In this document: piece by piece, positions 40,070 to 48,658 of the stretch
Layout of the letters: each line of letters begins with the position of its first letter
Numbering within the stretch: position 1 is the first letter of the stretch
Source of the DNA: a virus
Taxonomy: Duplodnaviria > Caudoviricetes
Virus record (IMG/VR): IMGVR_UViG_3300036851_000313
Location: 1-61,539 of that record
DNA: 61,539 nt
Reading direction: 5' to 3' (one strand)
Notes under the pieces: model-generated
Seen by the model: only the letters and a program-made list of their open reading frames with translations
The model's database searches: none
Told to the model about the DNA's origin: nothing
Made by a program: the position numbers and the translations under genes

Positions 40070-40735
40070 TCACCGGCGCCGAGATCTGGTGCAGTTCTCT
40101 TGTCCTGTGACTAGCTCTAGATGGGCCGGATTGACGCAGCGCCGATGCGGGCAGGACGTACCACCGTGACAGGCCAGATCGAGACTATGGCACACATGGT
40201 CGAGTTCTAGATCATCTGGAATGGGCGCTACGAATAGTTCATAGATAACGCGGTGTGCCATCCTCTTCGCGCCACCCCAAACCACATTCGCGTAACCGTC
40301 GGGCCGAACCGATCTCCATTGCCAGCAGTCGTTACTCAGAACGGTGATCTTGTCAATCAAGCGCTCAGGCACATCGCCGATCAGCCTAAGCGTCTTGATC
40401 GGATCGCCGTGGGTCTTCCAGCGCCGGTAGTGTAGGTCGCACCAGCTGCGGGCTATATGGGGTCGCTCACAACCATCAATCGCACAGGTTCCTCGTGACC
40501 GCTCATGCGTCTTGAGTGGATCTCCATGCTTACGCCAACGTTCATAGTGCGTATCGCACCATCCGCGAGCATGAGCCAGTTGGACGCAGCCATCGATCTG
40601 GCACGGTTGGCGTTCTGGGCGTTTCGTCTTGAGCGGATCACCGGTTGCTAGCCACCGCTTGTAGTGGGTGTTGCACCATCCGCGGGCTAGATGAGGTTTC
40701 TCGCAGTCTTCGATGGCGCAGGTACGCTCATCCAC
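40070..40735 (-). CDS. HNH homing endonuclease with three N-terminal CxxxxC...CxxH repeats
   Basis: AHRVIY...LDHVC...CVNPAHL motif; lower GC; antisense to the lysis operon. Confidence 0.85.
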   Translation of the reverse strand: MDERTCAIEDCEKPHLARGWCNTHYKRWLATGDPLKTKRPERQPCQIDGCVQLAHARGWCDTHYERWRKHGDPLKTHERSRGTCAIDGCERPHIARSWCDLHYRRWKTHGDPIKTLRLIGDVPERLIDKITVLSNDCWQWRSVRPDGYANVVWGGAKRMAHRVIYELFVAPIPDDLELDHVCHSLDLACHGGTSCPHRRCVNPAHLELVTGQENCTRSRRR

Positions 40736-40836
40736 GTCGGTCTCCTCGCATGAGATCGGCCATGCCCCCGGGCCGTTACAGCGGTCGCGGGGGTCGCAAT
40801 ATCTGTGATCATTCTATCAAGTAATGAGGTGCGACT

Positions 40837-41211
40837 TTGTCTCCAAAACACCTCGTCAACCAGCCGTCTCCGGCCCCCACCCGCAAGATGACCGCCGTCG
40901 GCGGCACCGCCACCGCGGTCGCCCTGCTCGTGTGGGTCGCGCACCGCGGCCTCGGCCTGGACCTCGACCCCGAGCTCGCGGCGCTGATCGTCGGCGCGCT
41001 CGCCTCGGTGGCCGGCTACCTGGCGAAGGAACGCCGCGACCAGGACACTGCCGGGCAGAAGATGACGCTCGGCCGGCACCGCTACCCGCCACCCCCGCGC
41101 AGGCCACCCGACGACGCCGGGCTCACCACCGTCGAAATCCTGCTCATCATCATCGTGGTGATGCTGTTCGTCCTCGTCGCCGTTACCACCGGGGCACGAA
41201 TAGACGTGTGA
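40837..41211 (+). CDS. Holin-like protein with a C-terminal prepilin-like segment
   Basis: PTRKMTA...two TM helices...AGYL pattern, then DAGLTTVEILLIIIVV. Confidence 0.6.
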   Translation: MSPKHLVNQPSPAPTRKMTAVGGTATAVALLVWVAHRGLGLDLDPELAALIVGALASVAGYLAKERRDQDTAGQKMTLGRHRYPPPPRRPPDDAGLTTVEILLIIIVVMLFVLVAVTTGARIDV

Positions 41212-41359
41212 CCGATGCGCGCCCGCCACCGCGCACCCCACCGCGACCACCTGCTGTTCTGGCACCTGTTCGCCATCGCCGCCTGGGCGATCATCGGGCT
41301 GATCCTCGCCATCAGCGTCACCCGCGCCGGCTACTGACTAGAAACTAGAAACTAGACGT

Positions 41360-41398
41360 CCGCCCCGCTGTCCCTCCTCCGAGGGGACAGCGGGGCGG
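41360..41398. terminator. Hairpin terminator between convergent operons
   Basis: 15-bp stem ccgccccgctgtccc / gggacagcggggcgg. Confidence 0.75.
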
Positions 41399-41403
41399 CT
41401 TCG

Positions 41404-41676
41404 TCATGCCCGGGGACGGTTCACGGCATCGAGCGCCCGCGCCGCGACGATCGCCGGGTCGGCCATCACTCGCGCCCGCGCCTCATCCCGGACATCGGCC
41501 GGTAGGCGGTCGAAGGTGTCCTGGTAGCAGGTCCGCATCATCCGGTCCCGAATGTCCTCCGGCATCGCCACGAACACCGTCGGGTGCATCGCTCCGGCCA
41601 TGTCGCGGAGCAGGATCGCCGCCATCAGCAGCGCATACGCGGCGTCCACCAGATCGTTGCGTTCGATGTCGGTCAC
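41404..41676 (-). CDS. Hypothetical protein
   Basis: GTGA-coupled last gene of the leftward operon. Confidence 0.55.
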   Translation of the reverse strand: MTDIERNDLVDAAYALLMAAILLRDMAGAMHPTVFVAMPEDIRDRMMRTCYQDTFDRLPADVRDEARARVMADPAIVAARALDAVNRPRA

Positions 41677-41957
41677 GGCTTCCATTCCTCGCGGAAGTTT
41701 GGGTGGTCGGCGTGCCTCGCGGCGATTGACCTCAGCAGGACCCGGCCGGGCCTCACCGAGGCCGCGAGCGTCACACCGGCCCGCCCCGCCGCATACCGCG
41801 CTTTCATCGCCTGCCACGCGAGCGTCCCCGCGACCCGCCTGCGGGCCTCCTGCGCGTCCGGCGCGAACTCCGCGCCGCACAGCGCGAGGATGCGGCGCTC
41901 ATCGGCGGTCTCCTCCTCCGCGAGGCGGTCCCGCAGGAACTCCACCAGCTCGTTCAC
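41673..41957 (-). CDS. DUF6221-like protein (paralogue 1)
   Basis: LVEFLRDRLAE...HADHPNFREEWKP. Confidence 0.7.
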   Translation of the reverse strand: MNELVEFLRDRLAEEETADERRILALCGAEFAPDAQEARRRVAGTLAWQAMKARYAAGRAGVTLAASVRPGRVLLRSIAARHADHPNFREEWKP

Positions 41958-42310
41958 GGCTTCCACTCCTCGTTGTAATCGGGGTGGTCCGCGTACGGCA
42001 GGGCGAGGTTGATGACCGCAATGTGAAGACCTGAGCGAACGCACTGGGTGGACCAAGCCATGTCGTTCTTACCGGACGCGAGGAGAGAGTTGATCTCGCC
42101 GTCGAGCGCAATATAGGCGTCCACGATCCGCCGCTTCGCCTCGACCTCGCGCAGCACGTGGGCGGGGTCGTGGGCGGACACGAATGCTAGTTCGGCTGAC
42201 TCGGAGCCCCAGGGATACGACGGGTAAGAATCCACCTCGTTGATGCATGCCCTCGCCAGCCGCTCGCGCTCGCCAAGCCGCGCGGTGAGGAACTCCACCA
42301 GACCGCTCAC
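41954..42310 (-). CDS. DUF6221-like protein (paralogue 2)
   Basis: LVEFLTARL...HDPAHVLREVEAKRRIV...PYADHPDYNEEWKP. Confidence 0.75.
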   Translation of the reverse strand: MSGLVEFLTARLGERERLARACINEVDSYPSYPWGSESAELAFVSAHDPAHVLREVEAKRRIVDAYIALDGEINSLLASGKNDMAWSTQCVRSGLHIAVINLALPYADHPDYNEEWKP

Positions 42311-42713
42311 GGCACCTCCTCCGCCCACTGCTCCACCCACGTCGGCTTGTCCATGCCCCGGTCCGCCACATGCGGCCCGGCGTGGCCTAGCCGCAGATCG
42401 CAGCGGATGCCCAGCCGGTGCCGAGCCGGGCACCGGTCCCATGGCCACCGCGACCACCGCAGCCCAGACAGGTCGATCACCGGACCAGCCTCTCGCGTGC
42501 CTCGTCCGCGCGGGCGTAGTGTTCGCAGGGCCACGATACGAACCGGCGGCGGTTGGAGCAGGCCCAGCAGACAGCCTCCCGTCCGTCGCCTGCGAGGTCG
42601 ACGGGCCGGTGCGCGTCCATGACCAAACCGTTGAGCCAGACCGCGATGCTGTCCGGGTGCATCCTGCGCAGCATCTCGCGCAGAAGTTCCCAGAACAGGT
42701 TCAACCGGGTCAC
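42307..42713 (-). CDS. Two small hypothetical proteins (42307-42480, 42477-42713)
   Basis: GTGA-coupled ORFs. Confidence 0.55.
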
Positions 42714-43213
42714 CGGACCACCCTCCCACGCCCGTTATGCGCGACGTTGTGGATCGGCCGCTCCGCCCGGATCGCCGCCTCCTCGGCCGCATCCGCCGAC
42801 TCGCGGTCCGGGAACCACTCCGTGCGCCGCTGCACATCACCCTCCATGAACGCCCGCAGGTCCGCGTTGTGCTGCGCCTCCCGCCGCAACACGTCGTACG
42901 AGGTCCCGATATAGCCGGGCGGCCCGATCGGGGGGCAGGTGCAGGCCGGGTACCAGCGGTACAGCGCCCGCCGCCTGCTGCGGGATCTCAGCACCACCCG
43001 GCGGCGCTGACGCAGCCTCGCCGCCCGCCGCCGTGCGTGGACCCGCCGCAGCAGCCGCCACCACCGGCGCACACCCCGCCGCCCCGACCCGCTCGACACC
43101 AGCAGCGCCGCGGCTACCGCCCACGTAACCGGCTCCGTGAGCAGCGGGGCCAGCAGCGGCCACGCGGCGTCCAGCATCTCGACTAGCAGCGCCTCAAGCT
43201 CCCCGTCGGTCAC
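42710..43213 (-). CDS. GIY-YIG-like nuclease with a hydrophobic N-terminus
   Basis: ALYRWY...GYIGTS...RREAQH...AEEAAIRAERPIHN motif. Confidence 0.65.
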   Translation of the reverse strand: MTDGELEALLVEMLDAAWPLLAPLLTEPVTWAVAAALLVSSGSGRRGVRRWWRLLRRVHARRRAARLRQRRRVVLRSRSRRRALYRWYPACTCPPIGPPGYIGTSYDVLRREAQHNADLRAFMEGDVQRRTEWFPDRESADAAEEAAIRAERPIHNVAHNGRGRVVR

Positions 43214-44763
43214 GACGCCGCCCACCGGCCATGCCCCGTCTGCGCGGCCACCCCGTCGTCCCGCCACGACGCCAGGCGCCGCTCCACCGTCGCCCGCGAC
43301 AACCCCAACTCCTCGCCCGCGGCCACCAGGTCGGCGGTCTGCGCCCCGTCCTGGCCGGCTGAACGGAGCCGCTCCAGCAGCCGGTCATCCGCAGACGGCG
43401 ACGGCTCCACGACTGGGCCAGCGGTCGGCACGTCCGCGCCGCCGGGCCGGGCGTGCTCCGCGGCCGTCTCCCGGCGCTGCGCCTCCGACACCCAGAACGC
43501 CCGCGCCAGCCTCGGCCGCGACGACAACGCCGTCCGCGCGTGCAACAGCCCAGGCTTCGACGCGTCGAACCGCGACGTGTCCCACCCGTCATCCAGGGCA
43601 CCGTCGCCGAACACCACCACCGAGTGCGCCCGCTCCCGCACCCGCAGCCCGATCGTGTTCGCGAACTGCCCCCGCACCTGCGGATCCACCACCACCACCG
43701 TCGGATACTGCGTCGCCGCGTACACGAACACCCACGCCTCCCGGCCCATCAGAGCCAGCTGCGCCAACGCCTTCTTCGCCCGCCCCGAATCCTTCAACCG
43801 GGCCAGCTCGTCGATCACCACGATGACTGCCCGCTGCTCCGCGGTCGGCTTCCAGTCACCGGAGTCCATCGCCCGGTACCGGGCATCCATGTCCGCCACG
43901 GCCTTCTCCAGCATCACCACCGTGGACGACACCGAGTCGGCGAACTCGGCCGCCGCCGGCCGCCAGTCCCGCATCTGCGGGCTGCCCTTCAAATCGGCGA
44001 CCCGCACCTCCGCATCGGCGCAGTACAGCAGCGAGGCGATCAGCACATGCTCCACCCCAGTCTTGCCCGCATCAGTGGTACCGGCGATCATCGTGTGCCG
44101 GTGCAGCGGCACCAGCAGATCCCCGCCGTCCGCGTACACGCCCAGCGGCGCCGGATCCCGGACCGACCGAGCCTGCGGACCGGGCCACGACCTGATCCTC
44201 GCCAGCGGGTCCCGCAGCATCCGCCGCACGATCAGGAAACCGCCGGTACCGGTCCGCTGCACCGACACCGACCCGTCCCGGGCCCGCCACGTGTTCGTCA
44301 GCCGGTCCGCCAACTCGTCCAGGTTCCGCCCGGTCTTCCCCGGATACAGGGTGACCTTGACCGCCCACCCGTTGCGGTCCGCGCCGACCACCTTCGCGGT
44401 CGACCGCTCCAGCTCGGGGACGTACCGGGCGGTGCCGGTGTCCCAGTTCTGCGCCACCTCGCGGGCGCGCTGCCACGACTTGGCGGCCTCCTGCCGCGGC
44501 ACCACCGTGGCCTCGTACCAGCCGGTGACCGCCCGCCACCGGGCCGCACCCGGTACCGCCGGTACCGTCCACTGCCCGGACCAGCGGTCCCGGGCGCCGC
44601 GAACCACGGCCACGGCGGCACGACGGTGCCACCGCCACACCGCCCACCCGCCGCCGGTCCGCTCGCCCCGGTTCAGGAACACCACTACCGCGGCCAGGAC
44701 GACGCCGTACCAGCCGACCGCGATGAGCAGCCCGTACCACAGGCCCGCCGCGAAATCGGCCAA
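43210..44763 (-). CDS. traB: FtsK/SpoIIIE-family DNA translocase (TraB-like)
   Basis: N-terminal TM helix; Walker A AGTTDAGKT; Walker B VVIDE; ATQYP; C-terminal wHTH GLSRATVERRL...GHGRW. Confidence 0.8.
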   Translation of the reverse strand: MADFAAGLWYGLLIAVGWYGVVLAAVVVFLNRGERTGGGWAVWRWHRRAAVAVVRGARDRWSGQWTVPAVPGAARWRAVTGWYEATVVPRQEAAKSWQRAREVAQNWDTGTARYVPELERSTAKVVGADRNGWAVKVTLYPGKTGRNLDELADRLTNTWRARDGSVSVQRTGTGGFLIVRRMLRDPLARIRSWPGPQARSVRDPAPLGVYADGGDLLVPLHRHTMIAGTTDAGKTGVEHVLIASLLYCADAEVRVADLKGSPQMRDWRPAAAEFADSVSSTVVMLEKAVADMDARYRAMDSGDWKPTAEQRAVIVVIDELARLKDSGRAKKALAQLALMGREAWVFVYAATQYPTVVVVDPQVRGQFANTIGLRVRERAHSVVVFGDGALDDGWDTSRFDASKPGLLHARTALSSRPRLARAFWVSEAQRRETAAEHARPGGADVPTAGPVVEPSPSADDRLLERLRSAGQDGAQTADLVAAGEELGLSRATVERRLASWRDDGVAAQTGHGRWAAS

Positions 44764-44779
44764 CGCTCATTCCCCCCCG

Positions 44780-45070
44780 TCAGGAGCCGGGCTGCCAGCC
44801 CGCCGGGGCGTGCCCGGCCGGCACCCCCCACGCCTCCCACTGCTCGGACACCTCGGTGAAGCTGATCCCGCAGCCGCCGCAACCACTGTCCAGGGACGCG
44901 GTCATGTGCATGCACACCGGGTCACCGCTGCCGTTCATGCGCCCACTCCTTTGCTCGGCCACGAACGTGTCGACGTCTTTCTTGTTGCCGCTCTCATCAA
45001 CACCGCCGCGGTAGCCCTCGACTTCGCGAAGCTGCCGCAGTCGTTCGAAGCGCGGATCGCCATCGAACAT
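44780..45070 (-). CDS. Hypothetical protein
   Basis: TGATG-coupled in the transfer-like operon. Confidence 0.55.
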   Translation of the reverse strand: MFDGDPRFERLRQLREVEGYRGGVDESGNKKDVDTFVAEQRSGRMNGSGDPVCMHMTASLDSGCGGCGISFTEVSEQWEAWGVPAGHAPAGWQPGS

Positions 45071-45273
45071 CAGCGGATGCCGAACGAGGCCAGGAACGCC
45101 GCCGACATCGTGTCAGCCGACGCCACCACACCCTGCCCCAACGGGATCTGCGCCAGCAGCAAGCCCCACCCGCCGAGCAGGATCAACTCCCACGTCTTCG
45201 TCTTCTTCAGCTTCCAGGACACGAAGATCCCGGCGGACAGCGCCACCAGGACCACGGTCAGCGCGACAGACAT
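45070..45273 (-). CDS. Small membrane protein (spread/transfer-accessory-like)
   Basis: GAAGGGG SD; two hydrophobic helices. Confidence 0.6.
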   Translation of the reverse strand: MSVALTVVLVALSAGIFVSWKLKKTKTWELILLGGWGLLLAQIPLGQGVVASADTMSAAFLASFGIR

Positions 45274-45346
45274 GCGATCACCCCTTCAGTGACTCGCCGT
45301 GGCGGTGAAACCATCAAGATCGTGCGGCTCGCGCGCGCGCGTATGG

Positions 45347-45568
45347 CTACCTGTCTGAGGGATTGAGGGAACTGAGGGAACTCACGCACCGTTGACCCCT
45401 CTCGGCCTGCCGCCGCATCCACCTGAGCCGCATGTCGAGCAGGATGTCCCGCGAGCGCGGGCGCGACGGCTCCGTCAGCGTCAGGTAGTAGTCGATGATC
45501 CGCAGGGCGGTCTCGGGGTCGGTGCGTGGAGTGACCCCGATGGCGATCTCGGCCGTGTTCCTGGTCAT
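45347..45568 (-). CDS. Hypothetical protein
   Basis: GGAGGGAG SD; ATGA overlap. Confidence 0.55.
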   Translation of the reverse strand: MTRNTAEIAIGVTPRTDPETALRIIDYYLTLTEPSRPRSRDILLDMRLRWMRRQAERGQRCVSSLSSLNPSDR

Positions 45569-46392
45569 GGCGTGCTCCCTCCGTGTCCGTTACTTCCAGT
45601 CGCCTCGAGCTGGCGGCGTAGCTGCTGCGCGGTGGTCTTGCTGATCTGCAACTCCCGCGCCCACGTGGCGAGCGACTCGCCCTCGAGCCCGCGGGCCCGG
45701 ATCTCGGCGAGCCGTTCGGTGTCGCTGCGGGCTCGCCCGTTCGGCGCAACCCGCTTGGCCGGCCGCGTTCGTTTGGCAGGCTGGGGGCGGGTGCCGGCGG
45801 CGACCGGCGCCAACGCGGCGGACCCAACCCCCCCGGGGCCGCCCACCCCGCCGCCGGCACCCGCAGACGCCGAGTTCGTCGCGAGTTTGTGTTTAGGCTC
45901 CACTGATTTGTATTTAGGCTCCACAAACCCGGCGCGGCGGATCATGGACAGTAGCGTCTCCACCGACCACACGAACGCCACCGCCGGCCACGCCGCCACC
46001 ACCCTGGCCAGCACGTTCGGTTCGGCAGCCGCCACGTTCGCGCCCAGCGTGGCCACCGCCCCCAGCCCGAGCAGGCACCACGCCAACCGCGACGCCGGAC
46101 GGCCCGCCCGGGAGTCAGCCAGCAACCCCATCGACCCGGCCAGCACCGCACCGTCGACCGACAGGGGCAGCAGTACCGCCGACAGCGCCGACTCGCCGAC
46201 CCGTACCGCCACCTCGTGCGCGTGCTGGTACGACACCACCGCGGCGACCGCGGCCACCGTCAGGACACCGGCGACGGCGAGGCGGTGGGCGGTCCGGTCG
46301 GTATCGGCGTACCGGCCAGGGTCGGCCGGGGCGGGCGGCGGAACCGCATCGGTGAATCCGCCCGTACTCGCCGGCCGGCCCTGGGGTTCCAT
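45565..46392 (-). CDS. DUF2637 / SpdA-like membrane protein with a C-terminal HTH
   Basis: AAVVSYQH...LPLSVDG...ATLGANVA...VVAAWP motif; GAGGAGG SD. Confidence 0.8.
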   Translation of the reverse strand: MEPQGRPASTGGFTDAVPPPAPADPGRYADTDRTAHRLAVAGVLTVAAVAAVVSYQHAHEVAVRVGESALSAVLLPLSVDGAVLAGSMGLLADSRAGRPASRLAWCLLGLGAVATLGANVAAAEPNVLARVVAAWPAVAFVWSVETLLSMIRRAGFVEPKYKSVEPKHKLATNSASAGAGGGVGGPGGVGSAALAPVAAGTRPQPAKRTRPAKRVAPNGRARSDTERLAEIRARGLEGESLATWARELQISKTTAQQLRRQLEATGSNGHGGSTP

Positions 46393-46479
46393 CCGCCGCA
46401 CCTCCTCGTGTGCGATCCTGCGCGGTACTTCACCATACGCCGATACCGCAGTACCGCAACCACGGGTACCGTCATACGG
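46393..46479. promoter_or_regulatory. Divergent promoter/operator region between the DUF2637 and GntR genes
   Basis: Inverted repeat GCGGTACT (46422-46429) / AGTACCGC (46450-46457); -10-like TACCGT 7 nt before the GTG. Confidence 0.5.
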
Positions 46480-47238
46480 GTGAAGGACGACCCGCCCCGC
46501 GGCCACGGATACCGGCAGATCGCCGCCGACCTGCGCGCCGACATCATCGGCGGCAAATACCGGCCCGGCGACGAAATCCCCTCCTACCGGGAACTCGTCA
46601 AGACCTACGGCGTCGCCGACCTAACCGCCCGCCGCGCCACCGACGTCCTGAAAACCGAGGGCCTCGTCCACGCCGACCGGCAACGCCTCGTCGTCCGCGA
46701 CACTCACCCCCCCGTCACCATTTGGATGACCCATACCGACTCCGCCGGCCGCCGCCACGGCGCCTCCACCGACGCGTTCGTCACCGACCTGCGCGACCAG
46801 GGCCGCGAACCCTCCCAGACCATCGACGTGGCCATCGTCGCCGCCGACCACCTGATCGCCGACCGGCTCGAGCTCGACCCCGGAACCACCGTCGCCGCCC
46901 GCCGCCGCGTCCGGCACGCCGACGGGCAGCCCCTGGACGTCAACGACTCCTACTACCCGTACGAGCTGGTGCAGGGCACCGAGGTGCTCACCCCCGGCGA
47001 CGTGGGTCGCGGCATCGGCAACGTACTCCGCGAACTCGGCCACGAGCAGGTCCGCTTCGTCGACGAGATCACCACCCGCACCGCCGCCGACGACGAGCGC
47101 CGCCGCCTCGACGTGCCCGCCGGCACCCCCGTCATCGAACACGTCCGCACCGGGTATACCGCGGCCCGGCCCATCCGGGTCACGATCACGGTCGTGCCCG
47201 GGGACCGGGTGCGGCTGCTGTACGAGGTCGATGCGTGA
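46480..47238 (+). CDS. GntR/HutC-family regulator with a UTRA domain (KorSA/TraR-like)
   Basis: YRQIAADLRADI...YRPGDEIPS wHTH and UTRA C-terminus. Confidence 0.88.
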   Translation: MKDDPPRGHGYRQIAADLRADIIGGKYRPGDEIPSYRELVKTYGVADLTARRATDVLKTEGLVHADRQRLVVRDTHPPVTIWMTHTDSAGRRHGASTDAFVTDLRDQGREPSQTIDVAIVAADHLIADRLELDPGTTVAARRRVRHADGQPLDVNDSYYPYELVQGTEVLTPGDVGRGIGNVLRELGHEQVRFVDEITTRTAADDERRRLDVPAGTPVIEHVRTGYTAARPIRVTITVVPGDRVRLLYEVDA

Positions 47239-47537
47239 TGATGATGGATCACCCCTACTGGCAGGTGCCGCACGAGCCATGCCCCACGTGTGGCCGCACC
47301 TACGGCATCCCCGTAGACGTCCCGGGCAGGTGCGGGGTGTGCCTGACGGGGCTGAGCCTCGACGGCCGCCCGGTCCACCCCGTCCAGCGCGGCGGGCGCT
47401 GGGTGTCGCCGATCACCGGGGCGGAGTGCGCTCAGCTGCCCGATGGGACATGGACGATCCTGATCGCCTGGCCGGGTTGGTCGCGCGAGGATCAGGTCGC
47501 CGATTGCGCCGCTGCTCGGGCGCGAGGTGTGTGGTGA
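47235..47537 (+). CDS. Hypothetical Cys-rich protein
   Basis: GTGA-coupled; two CxxC motifs. Confidence 0.5.
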   Translation: MMMMDHPYWQVPHEPCPTCGRTYGIPVDVPGRCGVCLTGLSLDGRPVHPVQRGGRWVSPITGAECAQLPDGTWTILIAWPGWSREDQVADCAAARARGVW

Positions 47538-48061
47538 TCATCCGCCGGGCCGCAGCAGACGACCTGCCTGCCGTCACCGCACTGATCGGCGAAGCCGCCG
47601 CCTGGCTGGCCGGCCGCGGCGTCGACCAGTGGCGCACCCCACCCGGCCCGGACCGCATCGAGGTCAGCATCAAGGCCGGCGACGTGTGGATCCTCCGCCA
47701 CGCCGACACCCCCGCCGCCACCGTCACCCTGGACGACTACGGCGACCCCGAATTCTGGGAACCCCACGCCGCCGGCGACGCCCTCTTCATGCACCGCCTG
47801 GCCGTCGCCCGCACCCACACCGGCCGCGGCATCGGCGCCGCCCTCGTCGAATGGTGCGCCGAACAAGCGTGGCAGCGCGGCAAATGGTGGCTGCGCTGGG
47901 ACGCCTGGAAAACCAACCCCGGCCTACTCGCCTACTACCGCCGGCTCGGCGCCGAACACGTCCGCACCGTCGACCTCGCCCACCGCTCCTCCGGTGCGCT
48001 CTTCCAAGTCCCCGCCAGGCCGATGAGCGTCACCGCCCGCGCACTCATCCGCGAGGCGTGA
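47534..48061 (+). CDS. GNAT-family N-acetyltransferase
   Basis: HRLAVAR...GRGIGAAL...LRWDAW..NPGLLAYYRRLG. Confidence 0.88.
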   Translation: MIIRRAAADDLPAVTALIGEAAAWLAGRGVDQWRTPPGPDRIEVSIKAGDVWILRHADTPAATVTLDDYGDPEFWEPHAAGDALFMHRLAVARTHTGRGIGAALVEWCAEQAWQRGKWWLRWDAWKTNPGLLAYYRRLGAEHVRTVDLAHRSSGALFQVPARPMSVTARALIREA

Positions 48062-48581
48062 GCTGGCTCGGATGACGGCTTCTGATGATCTCCTCCAGCG
48101 CGACCCGATAGATCGACTTCAGCTCGCGGCGGCTTTCCGGCTGGATATGGTCGGTGGCCGCTTGCCACCATCCCGGTCTGCGCTCGCCGGTCTCCACCCA
48201 GGCCAAGGCGGCGGCCCGCTCCCCTGCCCGGAACTCCGGCATGTCGTGATGGCACGGGAAATGGCAGAGCGGCAGCACGTTGGACAGGTCGTTGTTGCGG
48301 GTATCGCAGAAGTCCTCGAGATGCGCCGCGTCGAGGAAGCGCTGGGCGAGCCGCCACGTCTTGCGTCGCCGCCGCTCCGCGTTCCAGTCGGGATGCTCCT
48401 CGCGGAGGGCTCCCACGTCGTCTATGGGCGGGAGCCATCCGCATCGGAAGCACGACGGCTCGCCGAGCCCGATGAACCGAAAGTAGGCGTCGGGCAGCTC
48501 GTCGGACGTGCGCCAGCGCACGGCGACGTCGTAGAGGCGAAACGTCTTCCGCGCTCCGGCGGGTGAGCCAGACATCTGCAT
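48045..48581 (-). CDS. HNH-like nuclease / hypothetical protein
   Basis: CFRCG...DAAHL...NDLSNVLPLCHFPCH. Confidence 0.6.
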   Translation of the reverse strand: MQMSGSPAGARKTFRLYDVAVRWRTSDELPDAYFRFIGLGEPSCFRCGWLPPIDDVGALREEHPDWNAERRRRKTWRLAQRFLDAAHLEDFCDTRNNDLSNVLPLCHFPCHHDMPEFRAGERAAALAWVETGERRPGWWQAATDHIQPESRRELKSIYRVALEEIIRSRHPSQLTPRG

Positions 48582-48658
48582 GATCCCCTTCGGGCGAACT
48601 GTTGGCGTCCGCGTAACGTCGCGTGCGCGAAGTTTCGGCAGAGCCTACACTACCCGCC

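Noticed and set aside
46480-48061. GNAT toxin-antitoxin pair
   Set aside because: There is no RHH antitoxin, and the GntR plus GNAT pairing fits actinomycete mobile-element cargo better.
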